Under the pieces are notes generated by a model, which made no database searches, was not told where the DNA came from, and was given only the letters and a program-made list of their open reading frames with translations. A stretch of DNA of 52,551 bases, counting the filler, from Catajapyx aquilonaris (Eukaryota), in the NCBI GenBank assembly GCA_000934665.2. It is 3 parts of 3 records of this genome, joined end to end, with 100 filler letters (N's around TTAATTAATTAA, not from the genome) between each part and the next. Parts side by side here need not be neighbours in the genome. Positions count along the whole stretch, not along the records: positions 1 to 17,471 come from JYFJ02006942.1; positions 17,572 to 35,013 come from JYFJ02006943.1; 1 more part is not named here. One strand, 5' to 3'. Every line of letters begins with the position of its first letter. Position 1 is the stretch's first letter. This document shows positions 12,542 through 25,390 of the stretch, one piece after another. A program made the translations under genes and the position numbers.

Positions 12542-13067
12542 CAGGGGTATTCAACTAGTTTCTGACAAGGTCCAGTATTTACCTTCCCTGGGCCATTGAA
12601 GGTCCGGACCCCCCCCCCCCTCCCCCGGGTCAAAATATNATTCAAAATATATAGATTTTATATGGTACCACAGGGTTCATATTCGAAAATATAAACATGT
12701 GCAGCAAGGGTAGAAGGGCCTATCAAGACAGGGCATATTAAGACATTTTCGCCCTTTATGATGTCCTGTACAGGGGCGTAGGCAGAAAAATTTCGGAGGG
12801 GGGGCATTTCGTAAGCACAAGGTGAACAAGCCGTAAAGGGCGGGGAACGAGCCCGCCGCGCCGCATGAGAAATTTTTGGGGGGTTTAAGGTCACACGAGC
12901 TTAGGTGAAATGTGGGAGATTTGAATAGGTGTGTATTTGATGAAATTGGTAGCATTTCCCCCCCAAAAAATCATGAATTAGTAATTTATCATGCTATTTC
13001 AAACTGTCCTGTATATTGTCGCGGTCCGGACAAAATTGCGTCGCGGTCCGCCAGTTGAATATCTCTG
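12542..13067. mobile_element. hAT-like non-autonomous element, with a second hAT-like end (CAGGGGCGTAGGC) at 12771
   Basis: Imperfect TIRs CAGGGGTATTCAACT and AGTTGAATATCTCTG, plus subterminal GGTCCG repeats. The 8-bp flanks do not match, so no TSD is confirmed. Confidence 0.55.
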
Positions 13068-13258
13068 CTGTACAGGGTGATTCTCTCGAAAGGAAACCCA
13101 TGTCGAAAAATGGGAGTAACTTCAACACTGTCTTATCAATTTTTACGATTTGCAATAATATTGTCAGGCATGGTTTTTCCAAGCAAAATATCTTAAATTT
13201 AATTTAAATTGTCGTCTGGAACAGTCCAGGAGTGAAGCAAGGAAGGTGGACTTTAATT

Positions 13259-13506
13259 GAATCGGTTTTTAGGAAAAAGGATGTAAGTCACACAATTGCG
13301 ATTTTCAGGTTATTCGTCGATGGTATAGTACAACGCAAGGGGCATACGTAGACATACGTATTCATACGTAGACATCACCTTCATGTCAGGAATGAACTGG
13401 TAAACATTCACTGCTGTAGCTTTTGTAGATATTGAATAAACAGTTTTTTGTCATTCTCCAAAAGTTGTATTTTTGTGACTTACATCCTTTTTCCTAAAAC
13501 CGATTC
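13259..13506. mobile_element. MITE with ~32-bp TIRs flanked by AATT (possibly Sola-type)
   Basis: AATT|GAATCGGTTTTTAGGAAAAAGGATGTAAGTCAC at the left end and GTGACTTACATCCTTTTTCCTAAAACCGATTC|AATT at the right. Confidence 0.7.
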
Positions 13507-14655
13507 AATTCAGAACATGGCCACAGAAGGTGCTCGAAACTGGCCATGATTGTTATGGAAATCCAACTGTAAATTTGTAACAGTATTAGATAGGACCTAA
13601 TTTTTAGGGTAGCATAATATTACTGAAACTGGCATTTAATTAATCTTGCAGTGAACAGTGTGATATTCCTTCAAATGGGGTGTTACAATACACAACTATA
13701 CAGTTCCACACTATAGTCATATACAAAATAATGAAATAATATTAATACAATCATGCTATAGTATAGGGTGAGCATAATATTATCAAACATTTAAAAATGG
13801 GTGCCATCTCCAGTTGCCATACATAATGGGGCGGAAAAGATCATGCAAGGTTGCCAAAGTTTTCATTGGGCATTTTAAATGCGAAAATTATTTAAAATTT
13901 CAAACTTAAATCCTGGATATTTCAAACTTATTTCAATTTTTTTCCCATCTGAACACCACGACAAACAACCAATCAAGGCCAGTGGCATGTTCCACAGAAA
14001 ATCAAGAACAAGAAGTGATCTCTTCTAGGTGTGCACAACATGGATGAACCACTTGTTTTGGACTTACTACTTATCATGCAACCATCCATAAAAATTACTG
14101 AGATGCAAGACAAATAAATTGACCCTTGTTGATGTCTTTGTACAAATCCAATTAATCCATTAAAGTTGTTAACTTTTCATGCATCCAATAATGCTGAGGC
14201 CCTCCCATACACATTTTAAGTCTTGACTTAAAATGTATATGCTCACTAATGCATTAATGACAACGGGCATAAACAGCAAAAAAAGAAGTGCTTTCTCCAC
14301 TTTAACACAGCTCCCGAGTGGTGTTTTATGTCATATATTACTATGAAAATATTGGAAAAAATATAATCCTGCAAGTTCCACTAGTTCAGGGTTTTTTTGA
14401 CAAAAAAAATGGAAAAGAGTTAAGTTTTACCTTTCAATAACCCTCACAAATGGGAATGACATCACCTTTGACAGCCATTGTTACTATGACATGTTTGTAT
14501 ATACCTTCGTAATAACAATGGTGATGTCATGCCAAACTTGAAATATTGAATGCACATTTCCAGAGGTGCAAACTGTGGCAAATGTAGGACCAGCCAATCC
14601 AATGAGCCTTGATGTGATGCATTACAGTGATGACGGCCAAGCGATGGCTTTGTTG

Positions 14656-17471
14656 TTGCTGCAACCCTGCTTCCATTGCATGTCACTATTGCTTTTCAAT
14701 ATCCAACTTATATTTCGGAATGATTAGGAAAATGTAGTCAGGAAAACAAGTATTTATCTATGCTGTAATTACCAAAATAAGCTCAAAGGCATAAAAAAGG
14801 GCCATTATTCACAGCCATGAGAAACTGGATCCTATCTGGATCCAGTCCATCATTTGGTTGCTATAGGTACAGTGTCACAAACCTAGAATTTCAGCTCTAA
14901 CAGTTCATTGTCACACGCATCATTTTAAACAAGTGCATTAAATGAAAGAGATGATATGATGCACTACCAATACACCCTTGTGCAGGGTCTGACAATGGCC
15001 TTGTCATTGGCAGCATAATTATTTTGGTGTTTCGAGAATGGATGCTATTGTGGTCAGCACATTTGGCATGTACCGTAAGGCACATTTTTGTGGATCTAGA
15101 GTATATCTGTCTGATCTGGATGCAAATCAATTTGGAGCACTTTATAAATGTCTAAGGTGGTCCACTAGGAGGCAACATTTGATGAGGAAGGTCACGGGCA
15201 CGTCACATTTGACCTCCGAGGGCATCTGAGGTTGTATCAGGGCAAAATGACGCCCAAATTGACATGATTGTTGACAACACTACAGTGGAAGCAGGTGCAT
15301 TGATGTTGATGGCCCTGAAGGTTTGTTGTCATCTGCTGCTTAGGACAACAGCAATCTTACCCTGTCTGTGACACCAATCCCGCGGGTTCATGGAAGGGCC
15401 ACAAGGTCCACCCCAGTTGGGAAGCAACAGGAAGCAACAATTCCCTCCCACCACCCTCCCATCATCCATCCATCAACCAGCCCCACACTGCCTCACCTTT
15501 CACGATCTCGATGAACCAAGAAGCTGTGCTCCCATCAGCCAGGTGATTTAATACAACGGATTGGGATGAATATAAATCCGTGCAGACCCGGTGCCGAAAT
15601 GCAATGGACGACACACGAGGAGGGGGAGGTGGGAGGGAGGGAAAGGGAGAGAGGCTCGGAGAGAGGCCTTATAATATGCATAGCGGCTATTTTATGTAGC
15701 TCTGGACATCTGACAGCATCACGCAAGTTCGCGCACACAACTACGACTTTTTGACGCACGACCCATTTTAACTTGTTATTTAATTGTCGGAGTCAGCTTT
15801 TGAAGCGTGATTGGATGTGTGAATGGAAACATGGGGGCAATCGAGGCCAAGATCGAGGCCCGAGGGGATTCTTAAGTAGCGGCTACATATAACAGCTGCT
15901 GTTTGGTAGTAACAAGTATGGCCTGCAGAAGCCAAGCAGCTACTGGTAAAATCCAACCTGTTTGCAAACCATTAATATTATTGTAGCCGTGTCGCTCCGT
16001 AATTAGGTGGCAGCGATGAAATTAATATCGGTTTGGTGAATGTGTCAGGCACTCAGGCTGATGGCGCTACGCTCAAAGTGGCAACAACGCGACGACGCCC
16101 TGACGTCGTCGCGTTGTCAGCCTGACACATTAACCAAACCGACATTAACTTTATCGCTGGCACCTAATTACGGAGCGACACGGCTACAATTAATGGTTTG
16201 CAAACAGGTTGGATTTTACCAGTAGCTGCTTGGCTTCTGCAGGCCATACTTGTTACTACCAAATAGCAGCTGTTATATGTAGCCGCTACTTAAGAATCCC
16301 CTCGATTGCCCCCATGTTTCCATACACACATCCAATCACGCTTCAAAAGCTGACTCCGACAATTAAATAACAAGTTAAAATGGGTCGTGCGTCAAAAAGT
16401 CGTAGTTGTGTGCGCGAACTTGCGTGATGCTGTCAGATGTCCAGAGCTACATAAAATAGCCGCTATGCATATTATAAGGCCTCTCTCCCTCTCCCTCTCT
16501 CCCACCTCCCCCTCCTCGTGTGTCGTCCATTATTTCGGCACCGGGTCTGCACTGATTTATATCCATCCCAATCCGTTGCATTACCTCACCTTGCTGGGAG
16601 CACAGCTTCTTGGTTCATCGACATCGTGAAAGGTAAGGCAGTGTGGGGCTGGTTGATGGATGGATGATGGGAGGGTGATGGGAGGGATTGCTTCCCGTGG
16701 CTTCCCAACTGGGGTTGACCATGTGGCCCTTCCATGAACCCGCGGGATTGGTGTCACAGACAGGGTAAGATTGCTGTTGTCCTAAGCAGCAGATGGCAAC
16801 AAACCTTCAGGGCCATCAACATCAATGCACCTGCTTCCACTGTAGTGTTGTCAACAATCATGTCAATTTGGGCGTCATTTTGCCCTGATACAACCTCAGA
16901 TGCCCTCGGAGGTCAAATGTGACGTGCCCGTGACCTTCCTCATCAAATGTTGCCTCCTAGTGGACCACCTTAGACATTTATAAAGTGCTCCAAATTGATT
17001 TGCATCCAGATCAGACAGATATACTCTAGATCCACAAAAATATGCCTTACGGTACATGCCCAACGTGCTGACCACAATAGCATCCCTTCTCGAAACACCA
17101 GAATAATATTATGCTGCCAATGACAAGGCCATTGTCAGACCTTGCACAAGGGTGTATTGGTAGTGCATCATATCATCTCTTTCATTTAATGCACTTGTTT
17201 AAAATGATGCGTGTGACAATGAACTGTTAGAGTTGAAATTCTAGGTTTGTGATACTGTACCTATAGCAACCAAATGATGGACTGGATCCAGATAGGATCC
17301 AGTTTCTCATGGCTGTGAATAATGGCCCTTTTTTATACCTTTGAGCTTATTTTGGTAATTACAGCATAGATAAGTACTTGTTTTCCTGACTACATTTTCC
17401 TAATCATTCCGAAATATAAGTTGGATATTGAAAAGCAATAGTGACATGCAATGGAAGCAGGGTTGCAGCAA
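14656..17471. repeat. Long near-perfect palindrome, arms >=1.37 kb, centre ~16098-16103; right arm runs into the contig end
   Basis: 14656-16097 is the reverse complement of 16104-17471 with scattered substitutions and indels. Centre reads ACAACGCGACGACG-ccctga-CGTCGTCGCGTTGT. Confidence 0.95.
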
Positions 17472-17571
17472 NNNNNNNNNNNNNNNNNNNNNNNNNNNNN
17501 NNNNNNNNNNNNNNNTTAATTAATTAANNNNNNNNNNNNNNNNNNNNNNNNNNNNNNNNNNNNNNNNNNNN
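17472..17571. other. Artificial contig spacer
   Basis: 44 N + TTAATTAATTAA (stops in all six frames) + 44 N. Confidence 0.98.
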
Positions 17572-18831
17572 ATCAGCTGTTAGAGAAGCTGATTTTTCGG
17601 TTAGCTGTGCCCACCTTTGCATATACTCTTGTATAGTAAAGGTGCAAGTCGTGTAACAGCATCACCATAAAAAATGTATAGGCCTACTGATATTGGGTGA
17701 ATGTAAATTTGGGTAACAGGTTCATTAGAGCGGGCCATCCCATTTGTACAGTACTGCATAACCGTGCTATTTTCTTGTATGCATTTTTTTGTATGGCAGA
17801 TACCGCCCACCATGAACATAATAGCTAATATTGTAAGCATCTGTTGACGTCATAAAAAATAGTTTGTCACTATCTGAAGTCAAACCGATGTACTATAATG
17901 GCAATCAACTTGGACTGCCTCTGGTCAGGAGAGCTACATTTGACAGTGGGCATAGGTGAGTCTTCGGTATAAAACGTGGCTATAGCGTTGAGGTGACTGT
18001 TAGTGTTTGCTGTACAGTACTACGCATGTTGTGTGGATCCTGACAAGCCACTGGTGAGCTCATCTCCACAGCTATTAAGGTTGGTTGTTTAATGAACAAG
18101 TGTTTATTTTTGACCAACAGATGAAATAATACTCATATGTTGAACGACCTTGAAATCATAGCCTGGATACCTGCCTAATAGGTTCAAATAATAGAAAATT
18201 CCATTATTCAAAATGATTTTCGCGTCAGAGATTTCCGAAATGAAGCAAATTTCAAACCCGAGATTTATTTCCCTCCAAATTTTCAGAGACATTTTAATAC
18301 GGTACATTTCCAGTTTAAATGCATGTAAAAAAAAACCTTGCCCTGCACAATTTTTTTTCTGTCATTCAATTAACTTACAATTAGTCTGAATGGGCGTGAG
18401 GGGCTGGAACTCCCAAAACATTTATTACGATTGGCCTTTACTCGCGCTGCTTTTCATTGAAAAAAAAAAATCCCCAGAGGCCATACGAAGGGCAACAATG
18501 GTCGTCAATCACTCGGTATGAATGGTCCATCCATCCACGAGCGTGTCGCGAATTTTTTTTTTCATGATTCCCCCAGTCTGCAAAAAGTAGGCGGTGCGAA
18601 TTAATTTTGGCAAGAATTTTCACATGTCGGTGTGTATACGTGTGACCTGTAATCCCATTCACGCCCCATCCGGAATCGAACAACAATGTCCAGGAAGAAG
18701 GAAGAGGTGGACCATTTTCACTCTCTGTGAGGGTGACCCACAAATGAAAAAAAAAAAATTAATGGCACTGGACACACTGCACTTTGATGCAAGTAATTGG
18801 TGCAAGTAGTGTAGTAGTGGTACACAAGGTG

Positions 18832-18951
18832 ATGGAGCTGTGCGGTGGCTGGACCGGCTGCTGTTGCTGCCTGGTCATCACCTTCCTCATGGCCCCCTTG
18901 TGGTCATCCGGACTGCAGCTGGTCATCGACAGGAACAACAACAACAGCAGC

Positions 18952-18983
<32 letters not shown>

Positions 18984-20833
18984 GTACACAGGCCCAAAGG
19001 GGCACACTGAACCGCCTGTAAAATCATATTATTACCCAGTTGTTGACTCAGGTAAATTATTAACTTATTTTAAAATTTGGGTTTAATAAAATATATTCTT
19101 CAAAATTGTACGGTAGTTAATTTATTTTCCATAAGTTGTAAGCAAATTTATCTTCAATATTTAATTCATTTTTTGTGAATTTAACTGTAAGCAAATTTGG
19201 CTTAGATATCTAATTCATTTGCATTAATTAAATTTTTCTTAATTAATTACTGTAATTGTAAGCAAATTCAGCTACGATATTTAATTTCCATTAATTTAAC
19301 TGTAAGCAAATTTAGCTTTGATATTAGCTCATTTGCATTAGTTACTTTATTTCCATTAATTAATTTTACTTGTAAGCAAATTCAGTTTTGATGTTTAATT
19401 TGTACGAATTAATTTATTTTACATTAATCAATTTTATTGTAAGCAAATTTGGCTTAGATATTAATTCATTTGCATTAATTTATAGTTGTAAGCAAATTCA
19501 GCTTTTATATTTAATTTATTTGTGTTAAAATATTTTCCATTAATTAACTTTAATGGCAATAATAATTGTAAGCATATTTGATATTTAATTAATTTAATCA
19601 ATTTATTCAGTATATCCTTTATTCCTTCACCACTGTAGTTGATGGCCTTCTTACTTGATCATACTTTTGAACTCTTATCTTGTATGTTCTTAGTTCTAAA
19701 AGTATCTAAACAAATGACCAGAATCGCTTGGTGTCACCGCATAATTTGTCACATTCGCTTGATTGGAGTCCATGAGAGTATAAAATTTTAATATAAATAT
19801 TTCTAAAAATTAGCTTGATTGTCGTTCCCATTGCATGCACCAATTTGGAAGATTTGGCTCTACTTTCATTGCCCTCATTTTTTTTCACTCCACATTTTTG
19901 TCAACTGTGATGTTGTCACTCAAGTGTGAATGACGGATGTATCGCTGCCACCCGGGCAATGAAAAAGCACATCGGCCAGTTGAAAGTGAGCACGGATACG
20001 CAATAAAAGCCATCAAAAGGTGCCAACATTACACGCTGCCCCTTTTGTACATTTCCGTACCAAGTTTGATTTATAATATCCTGCCGCATACTTTTATGAC
20101 AGAAGTAGGCAATTAGTATAATTAAATCAAAATTATGTGTTAAAACAGTAGTTAGCTGGTTACTAATAAACCACATGGTCATTTTCCTGCTTACTACAAC
20201 CATGCATTACATGATTCCGAAACAAACCATTCATGTCACCGCTTCCTTTGTTTTGTGACCAAATTGGAACAGCGTAATAATTACGCTTGCACCAAAATGT
20301 GCTTGCACAATCCTTCCGCTCCCTTTTTTCAGACATGAAAACGCCATTGCATTGTGGTGAAAGTAGTGCTAAATGTGGCTAACTAAGGTTTACGTCAAAA
20401 TCTTGGGTGGAATTCTTGTCACACTGCTTTTGGTTCTGAACCAGTGTTCGTGAATGACTACTAAGTTAGAAGTAACTAACAGTGGGGCGAAAATTATTGC
20501 AAAACATTACACCCAAATCAATCACCACACCCAATAATTCCAGCGGGTGGCAGATGGCCTCGGCAGGTCAACATGACCGGCAACCGCACCATCACTACCA
20601 GGAGATTCCGCCTCAACTTCCGCATCCGCTACAACAACCGGAAGAGGGCGGGTGCTGCAAATGCCATCAGCGGTATCCTCAGCAAGTTCTTCAGCAGCGG
20701 AGCTGCATTCCAGGTGCCCAGAGGAGGACGGGTGCAAATAACCGGAGGCAGAGGAGGGCAGATAACGGCAAGGAGATGCAGGGCAAGTGGCGGAAGCGGG
20801 GGAAGAGGGTTTAGGATCACAAGCAACGGATAA
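18832..20833 (+). CDS. Two-exon gene (18832-19051, 20544-20833; 169 aa): secreted cationic Gly/Arg-rich prepropeptide, candidate antimicrobial peptide precursor
   Basis: Signal-like N-terminus (MELCGGWTGCCCCLVITFLMAPLWSSG) then poly-Asn. Donor CAG|GTAAAT and acceptor TTCCAG|CG are phase-compatible (phase 1). RWPR and RKR cleavage-like sites; AATAAA at ~21048. Confidence 0.7.
18934..18981 (+). repeat. (AAC)n microsatellite encoding poly-Asn
   Basis: Direct reading of the sequence. Confidence 0.95.
19110..19600. repeat. AT-rich intronic minisatellite (core TGTAAGCAAATT, ~45-70 bp unit)
   Basis: About eight recurrences of TGTAAGCA(A/T)ATT..GATAT.TAATT. Confidence 0.8.
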
Positions 20834-21118
20834 GGACACACTGCCTGTGGCTAATTACGACGAAGATGAAGTCACAATTGGCCGACAAAAGTTGGGGCAA
20901 ACTGGTACTTTCCCAAGATACAACTAATATCACTGCCATCGATCAGCGCTCCACAAAATTTCTGTTGATTTTCCTGAATTATTGCCAGCCATTTTCTCAT
21001 ACAACACAACTGTCAGAATAGAGGTTAAAGTTGCCAAGTTTTAATCCAATAAAAACATTGCTGCAATGGTGTCCTAAAGTTTGTGGTGTATTTATCGTTC
21101 TAGTACACATATTACATG

Positions 21119-22320
21119 CTATGAGTGTGACTTTGCTGCCTCTTTTTCTCCCTCTTCCTTATCCTCTCCCTCCTCCTTTTCCCGTTCCTCTTCGTCCGAC
21201 TTCTCTCCTGATTCAATTGCGTCCATCTCGGCTTTCGGTAACATCGGCCTCAAGTCGACTGGCAGCTGCTCCGTTGATGGGGAAGCCAACAGCAGAAGTC
21301 GGGTGAAAAACGGGCCAGGTCGCGGCGGCCTAACTTCCGCCATGTCCCGAAGCAGCGCCTTGATGTTGGCCTCCACTTTGTCCGCATCCATGTCGGCAGT
21401 CCCAACAGTGACCTCGACCCATCCGAAATCTTTCTCCATGTCATCCTGGTTAGACTTGTACTCTGCCCCGTACATGAACCGATCCAGCATTCCCACCACA
21501 TCTGCACCTAGGTTGCCATTGCGTGGATTTGGAAAGCGGCGCCGCAACAATCCCCTGTGAATAAGTAATATATGAGCACCAGCATGATTATGTACAGTTT
21601 CGCCTTACCGCAATGCGACGATATCCGTGAGGCTGTCCGGATGGCACACGACATGGTCAAACATGGCCAGATCAGTCTTGCCAGTCTGAGCCGACTTGAC
21701 CAGCTCCACCGACCCGGCCATTGCTGCTCCGGCTTTCATGGCAGCCTCGCATGTCTCCGGGTTGCGGCAAAAAGCCATGACCTGTTTCGGAGGCTCGCAC
21801 GTCCAGTGCGGAAGCCGGACGACCCTTGTGAATGGGTCGATGAAGCGGGTCTTCTTGGCCATGCGGAGGTCCAGCTCCACCAGCACTCGAAGGTCAGCCG
21901 TGGGCCGGTTCAGTACGGACGGGGAGAGCCACTGTCGCTGTGTCTCCAACGCCTGGCTCAACGGCCAGACCTGCTTCCGGTGCAATGATATGTCATACAC
22001 ATTGTCTGTCGGCAATGGCAAGTGTGAGTCGTCCACTCTCCGCTGCTTACGTTCACCTTGCGCTCTGAAATGCACTGCATGTACTCACCACAATAATTAA
22101 TAATGTGTGGCCATACATACGCCTGTATTTTCCTGAGATAGTTGGGCACAAAGACCTTCTTGACCTCCTCCTTCTTGACCTTTGCCTTCTTCCGCTTCTC
22201 TCTAGTCCCCTTCCTGGCAGCCAACACTGGAGCCGAGGTGGTCACTCCCACTGCCGACACCCGCTGCTGCAGACGGGTCAGGACCGCGACCCCTGACCTG
22301 CACCAGAGTCCGGACAGCAT
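21119..22320 (-). CDS. MRPL1: Mitochondrial ribosomal protein uL1m, 3 exons (22320-22121, 22064-21609, 21554-21119), 363 aa
   Basis: Transit-like N-terminus with AARKGTREK, then P.DNVY, AGAAMAGS.ELVK, LRGLLRRRFP and VGT.DM....EAN. Two short GT-AG introns (56 and 54 bp) keep the frame. Confidence 0.93.
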
Positions 22321-22385
22321 CGCTAAAACCCAAAATTGCGTGCAAAAACTTCGCCAAAAACTACATGCGGCTTCTGTTCATGGGC

Positions 22386-22416
22386 GCCGCCATCTTGGAA
22401 TATATCGATATCGATA
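22386..22416. promoter_or_regulatory. MRPL1 core promoter motifs: YY1-like GCCGCCATCTTG and two overlapping DRE sites (TATCGATA)
   Basis: GCCGCCATCTTG at 22386-22397 and TATCGATATCGATA at 22403-22416, 65-95 bp upstream of the ATG. Confidence 0.65.
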
Positions 22417-22584
22417 CCAGACGATACTATCGTCTCTGGATACTATTTTGCGATGAAAATTTGCCGCGACTTTCAAAATTGCTCACGTCCCTAATTTATT
22501 TACAATATATGTTTTGTAAAATTTTTTTATTGACCAGTTACAGTATTTTTTATTGTACAGTAAGTGCAGACCTAATTGCTCGTT

Positions 22585-23587
22585 TTAATGACTTTTTCCA
22601 ATCGGATTGAGATTTTTGCAATGTTTATCGTGAATGGGAGTCATTTTGTGGATGCCATTCTTTTCCATCATCAATTTGGTGCACTTGCTGTTGCTCTTAG
22701 GTTGCTTCCTCTTGTATGTGAAGATCATGTACTGGCTCGCTGGAAGGTCAAACACTGTGCTTTTAATATACATCATACATTATTCACATAGCATTTACCA
22801 TTGTTGGAGCCTGTGTCCAACTGCAGCTCCATGTTGATGCATTTGCAGGCAGCCACTTGAAGGACCGTCATCTTCACCTTTATTGGCTGGTTTTTCTTCA
22901 TGCAGTTGTTGGTTGCAAGCTCACCTTCGCCCCAGTAGGTCACGTTTGTCCCGGATTTGATGACCTTCATTGATGGCAGAGTGAAGCAGTGTCTGTCCTT
23001 GTTCCTGTTGCAGCACAAGATAAACATTTAACCTTCGCTATTTTTAAAACATTGTAGACCATTCTTTAACACTCACTTCCGGACGTAATATGACCCTTTC
23101 ACTTTAATTGCTTCGGGACCTGCAGACGTCACTTGCAAGATGTGACATTCCTTCGATTTGGAAGTGTCTGTAGTGAAGTGTCCGAACCATGTCCTGTTGG
23201 TAATCTGCGGATAATATAGCAATTGTCGTGATCAGTTGATCGTAAAAGCATTTTAGAGACTCTGAGTCCAAATTTTGTGCCATTTTTTAATTACACGAGA
23301 ATGATTGTACACCCGTAAATCTCTTGCTATAATTTATGTGATACTTACATTACGTTATAATAACGCGTCCGATTCCATTCGCACTAAGATGCATATTAGT
23401 TAGCTATTATTTCATTATTTGTCAGATATCTTCTTACCATGGTCTGGTTGAATTGACCTCCGTCGTAGTCACCAACGGTGCAGTCGCTGATCCCATGTGT
23501 TCGACCTTTTCTGTTTCCTTTTTCGCAATTCACTAAGCAGAATGCGGTTGCTGCCAGAAGCGCCATCATTACCACCAACTTGTTCAT
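22585..23587 (-). CDS. Secreted lipocalin-like protein A, 4 exons (23587-23438, 23204-23077, 23004-22799, 22739-22585), 212 aa
   Basis: Signal peptide MNKLVVMMALLAATAFCLVNC; C..FNQTMITNRTWFG (degenerate lipocalin SCR1). GT-AG introns in phases 0/2/1; collinear with paralogue B. Confidence 0.8.
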
Positions 23588-24884
23588 TCCGATGGGAATA
23601 TATCCACTTATAGGCCTACCTACTTCTGAAATAAAATTACGTGAAATTGTCACAAACCACGACAAAAAAATATTTCGGATAAACATATCCTGGCGTTATA
23701 TACAATTATATTATCAGCAATTTGCAATGCCAATAAGGAATGTCCCAATATTATTTTGATATGTAGACCTGTATGATATAGGTCATTGTCACACACACAC
23801 AAAAAGAAGAGTTGTGAAAAAGAATCCACATTTTGAACCTGCAGTAAACTGGGCATTTGCATCAACACGGTGAATTATAATTATGCCCTTTAAACTTTAA
23901 AGGGTGAAAACCGAGGATGCCAACCGGTACTCTTGTTGGACTTCAGGTGACTGAAGTGTCGCCTATGATGTCACTCTTCGTCTCGTTAGGATTAGCTGAA
24001 AAGGACCAAGTTCACCTGCTAATCGCATGCTGAAGATGTTGCGATAATTTGCAAGTACTCAACTCTGGCAATTACACATAAGTTTTTAGCCACTCGTAAT
24101 AATATTGCAATCCTCCACATTCAAATACATGATAATAATCAATAGAAAATCATTGCACAGTTTTCTCTCTTTCAACTCACTGGACCAGAAAAACTCTCAA
24201 GAATACTAGTTAATGTACTGTACCTCTTTATCTCAGCTCAGCCTGTGTGTCACCCGTGGATAAAGCTGTACTTGGATTAATCCGATTTTTTTTGTGGGGA
24301 GAGATACACTGCTTGAAGACAAGCGGCCAACAAAAGTATAGTGCAAGGTGGCGTAGCAGCTCAGATGCTACAGTATATAGTCCTAGACAATGGCACATTA
24401 TTCCTGAATATGCGTCGTATAATCGTCGTCGTAACGGGCTGGCAGTATAGAAATGCCTGTCCTCCACACACAGGCCTGATGGTTGAATTATCTGGAAATG
24501 CACATAAATCCGAGCATTCCTCAGATATCCAGCGGAGAAGGAAGGACAAAGAATGCGGAGCGTTATAATAACGCGTCCGCTTATTCCATTCGCAAAAGCT
24601 GCATATTAGTTAGCTGTTATTTTAATATGCGAAACATGACACATTTTCACTCACAAAGACATGTGTAGCTTCCTGGAATGTGTTGCATTTTTAGACATTT
24701 ATTATAGGCTAACACCGTAACATGAAACACTGGGAAAATGTTGAGATCTGCAACTACTGGCATGACGGTATCAGACTATCTTTTGTACCCTATGTGATTC
24801 TATCTGTTATACCAATATGGATGATCCTGATTGGCTGCAGTAGAGGACTATGCCACAGGTGTTGTGAGGCCTTCCGCAGACAAA

Positions 24885-25390
24885 GGAGTTTCAGGCGTGA
24901 AAAGTGGCAAAATGTTGCATAAGCCCATTCCATTTGGCCCATTCCAAGCACGAGTCTGTGGACCTTGTAGGTGGATATAAGTTAGGTTAAAGAAATAATT
25001 ACGACAGTGCAGTGCAGTGCAGTGGTTATTATTCATTTATTAATTTTTCTCAACTCGAACAAAAGAGCAGCCTTTTCGAAGGACACTTGGTATCACCTCG
25101 AAGACCCCCACAGCGACTCTAATGCAATAGCAGTTTGAATTAACATTGCATGGTAAGATGGCCATAAGAATCATCCTTTAAACTAAAGTCATTTACAAGG
25201 CATAGTCGTGTGTAAAAATATGCAGAATACTTGCCAGGATAAGTCACACGTGTTGTATGCCAAATCATTTTTTGGGGGTAAGAAAACACTTCCAGCACCA
25301 AAAATGGTACTTGGCTTATAGGACATTCCTCCGATTCTTGGAATTTTCCATTATAGGTTTTTGTTCCGATCATGACCACCACCTATACAG
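24885..25390 (-). pseudogene. Probable decayed or highly diverged fourth lipocalin paralogue
   Basis: TYNGKFQESEEC..VPFLVLEV..KYSAYFYTR resembles the exon 3/4 pattern of A and B (TY.G...C...V..VL). DSCLEWAKWNG resembles PCEDWMKEKNG of B. I could not splice these into one frame. Confidence 0.4.

Noticed and set aside
14450..15400. hAT/ZMYM-like transposase remnant in the palindrome arm (SWL..F.C..F, W..G..N, RH...SH)
   Set aside because: Too degenerate to support by eye; it needs a frameshift-aware profile search.
17516..17527. TTAATTAATTAA as a piggyBac target or regulatory motif (also 35058-35069)
   Set aside because: It is a synthetic six-frame stop linker centred in N runs.
19110..19600. 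CRISPR-like repeat/spacer array
   Set aside because: Repeats are degenerate, the spacers resemble each other, there are no cas genes, and the site is a eukaryotic intron.
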